Virus record (IMG/VR): IMGVR_UViG_3300005096_000005 | Location: 106,139 to 170,138 of that record | Source of the DNA: a virus | Reading direction: 5' to 3' (one strand) | Length of the DNA: 64,000 nt | Part shown: piece after piece, positions 63,834-64,000 of the stretch | Layout of the letters: every line of letters starts with the position of its first letter | Numbering within the stretch: the first letter of the stretch is position 1 | Program-made: the position numbers and the translations under genes | Notes under the pieces: generated by a model | Seen by the model: the letters and a program-made list of their open reading frames with translations, nothing else | What the model was told of the DNA's origin: nothing | Database searches by the model: none

Positions 63834-64000
63834 AAGGCATACCGGCTGGGTGGGGGTGGGTACCCCACCTTATCCCCGTTATATGTTCGAAGTCGAGTTC
63901 GGTGCCCACCGGGTCATTCCGCACTGGTTACTGGATGTATCGCTTCATAACAACATCAGCTCCATCACAATCACATTGTGGTTGTAGGTATGGGGCAAAA

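Noticed and set aside
63849-63869. GGTGGGG...CCCCACC hairpin as a terminator
   Set aside because: No clear U-tract or adjacent gene end within the window; function cannot be assigned.
1-64000. Stop-codon reassignment (TAG or TGA recoding)
   Set aside because: Multi-kb genes are uninterrupted in code 11, and TAG/TGA stops are followed by SDs or coupled starts.
1-64000. CRISPR array, tRNA genes, DGR, integrase or transposase
   Set aside because: No repeat-spacer array, cloverleaf, reverse transcriptase or recombinase motifs were seen by eye. The Cas4-like domain has no cas context. tRNAscan-SE and CRISPR finders were not run.

Overview
The window is the virion-morphogenesis region of a large myovirus-type bacteriophage (roughly 50-55% GC by eye, standard genetic code, strong AGGAGG-type Shine-Dalgarno sites, sigma70/sigmaA-like promoters). 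Almost everything from 58.6 kb down to position 1 is one minus-strand run. In transcription order: TerS-like protein, small Gly/Arg-rich proteins, intein-containing TerL, portal with a MuF-like tail, protease/scaffold, head protein, major capsid protein, a ~20-kb block of neck, fibre and decoration genes, and a metallophosphoesterase/holin cluster. Then come a second sheath-like protein, tail completion protein, a 1953-aa sheath, three tube paralogs, a -1 frameshifted chaperone pair, and a >2360-aa giant virion protein that runs off the left edge and is missing from the ORF track. The tube, sheath and giant-protein motifs recall the Bacillus phage 0305phi8-36 / phage G-like group (from recollection, not verified by search). 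A divergent two-gene unit encodes a LysM-amidase and an Ig-domain protein. The right end carries accessory genes (Zn-ribbon protein, thermonuclease, stand-alone receiver domain). The main novelties are: an apparently intact Cas4/RecB-like PD-(D/E)XK nuclease inside the giant virion protein; a ~100-nt structured sRNA between a perfect TTGACA-17-TATAAT promoter and a terminator; a 560-nt same-strand dual-coding overlap; and a sheath enlarged by >1000 aa of inserted, partly repeated domains. All family assignments come from motif recognition; no searches were run.
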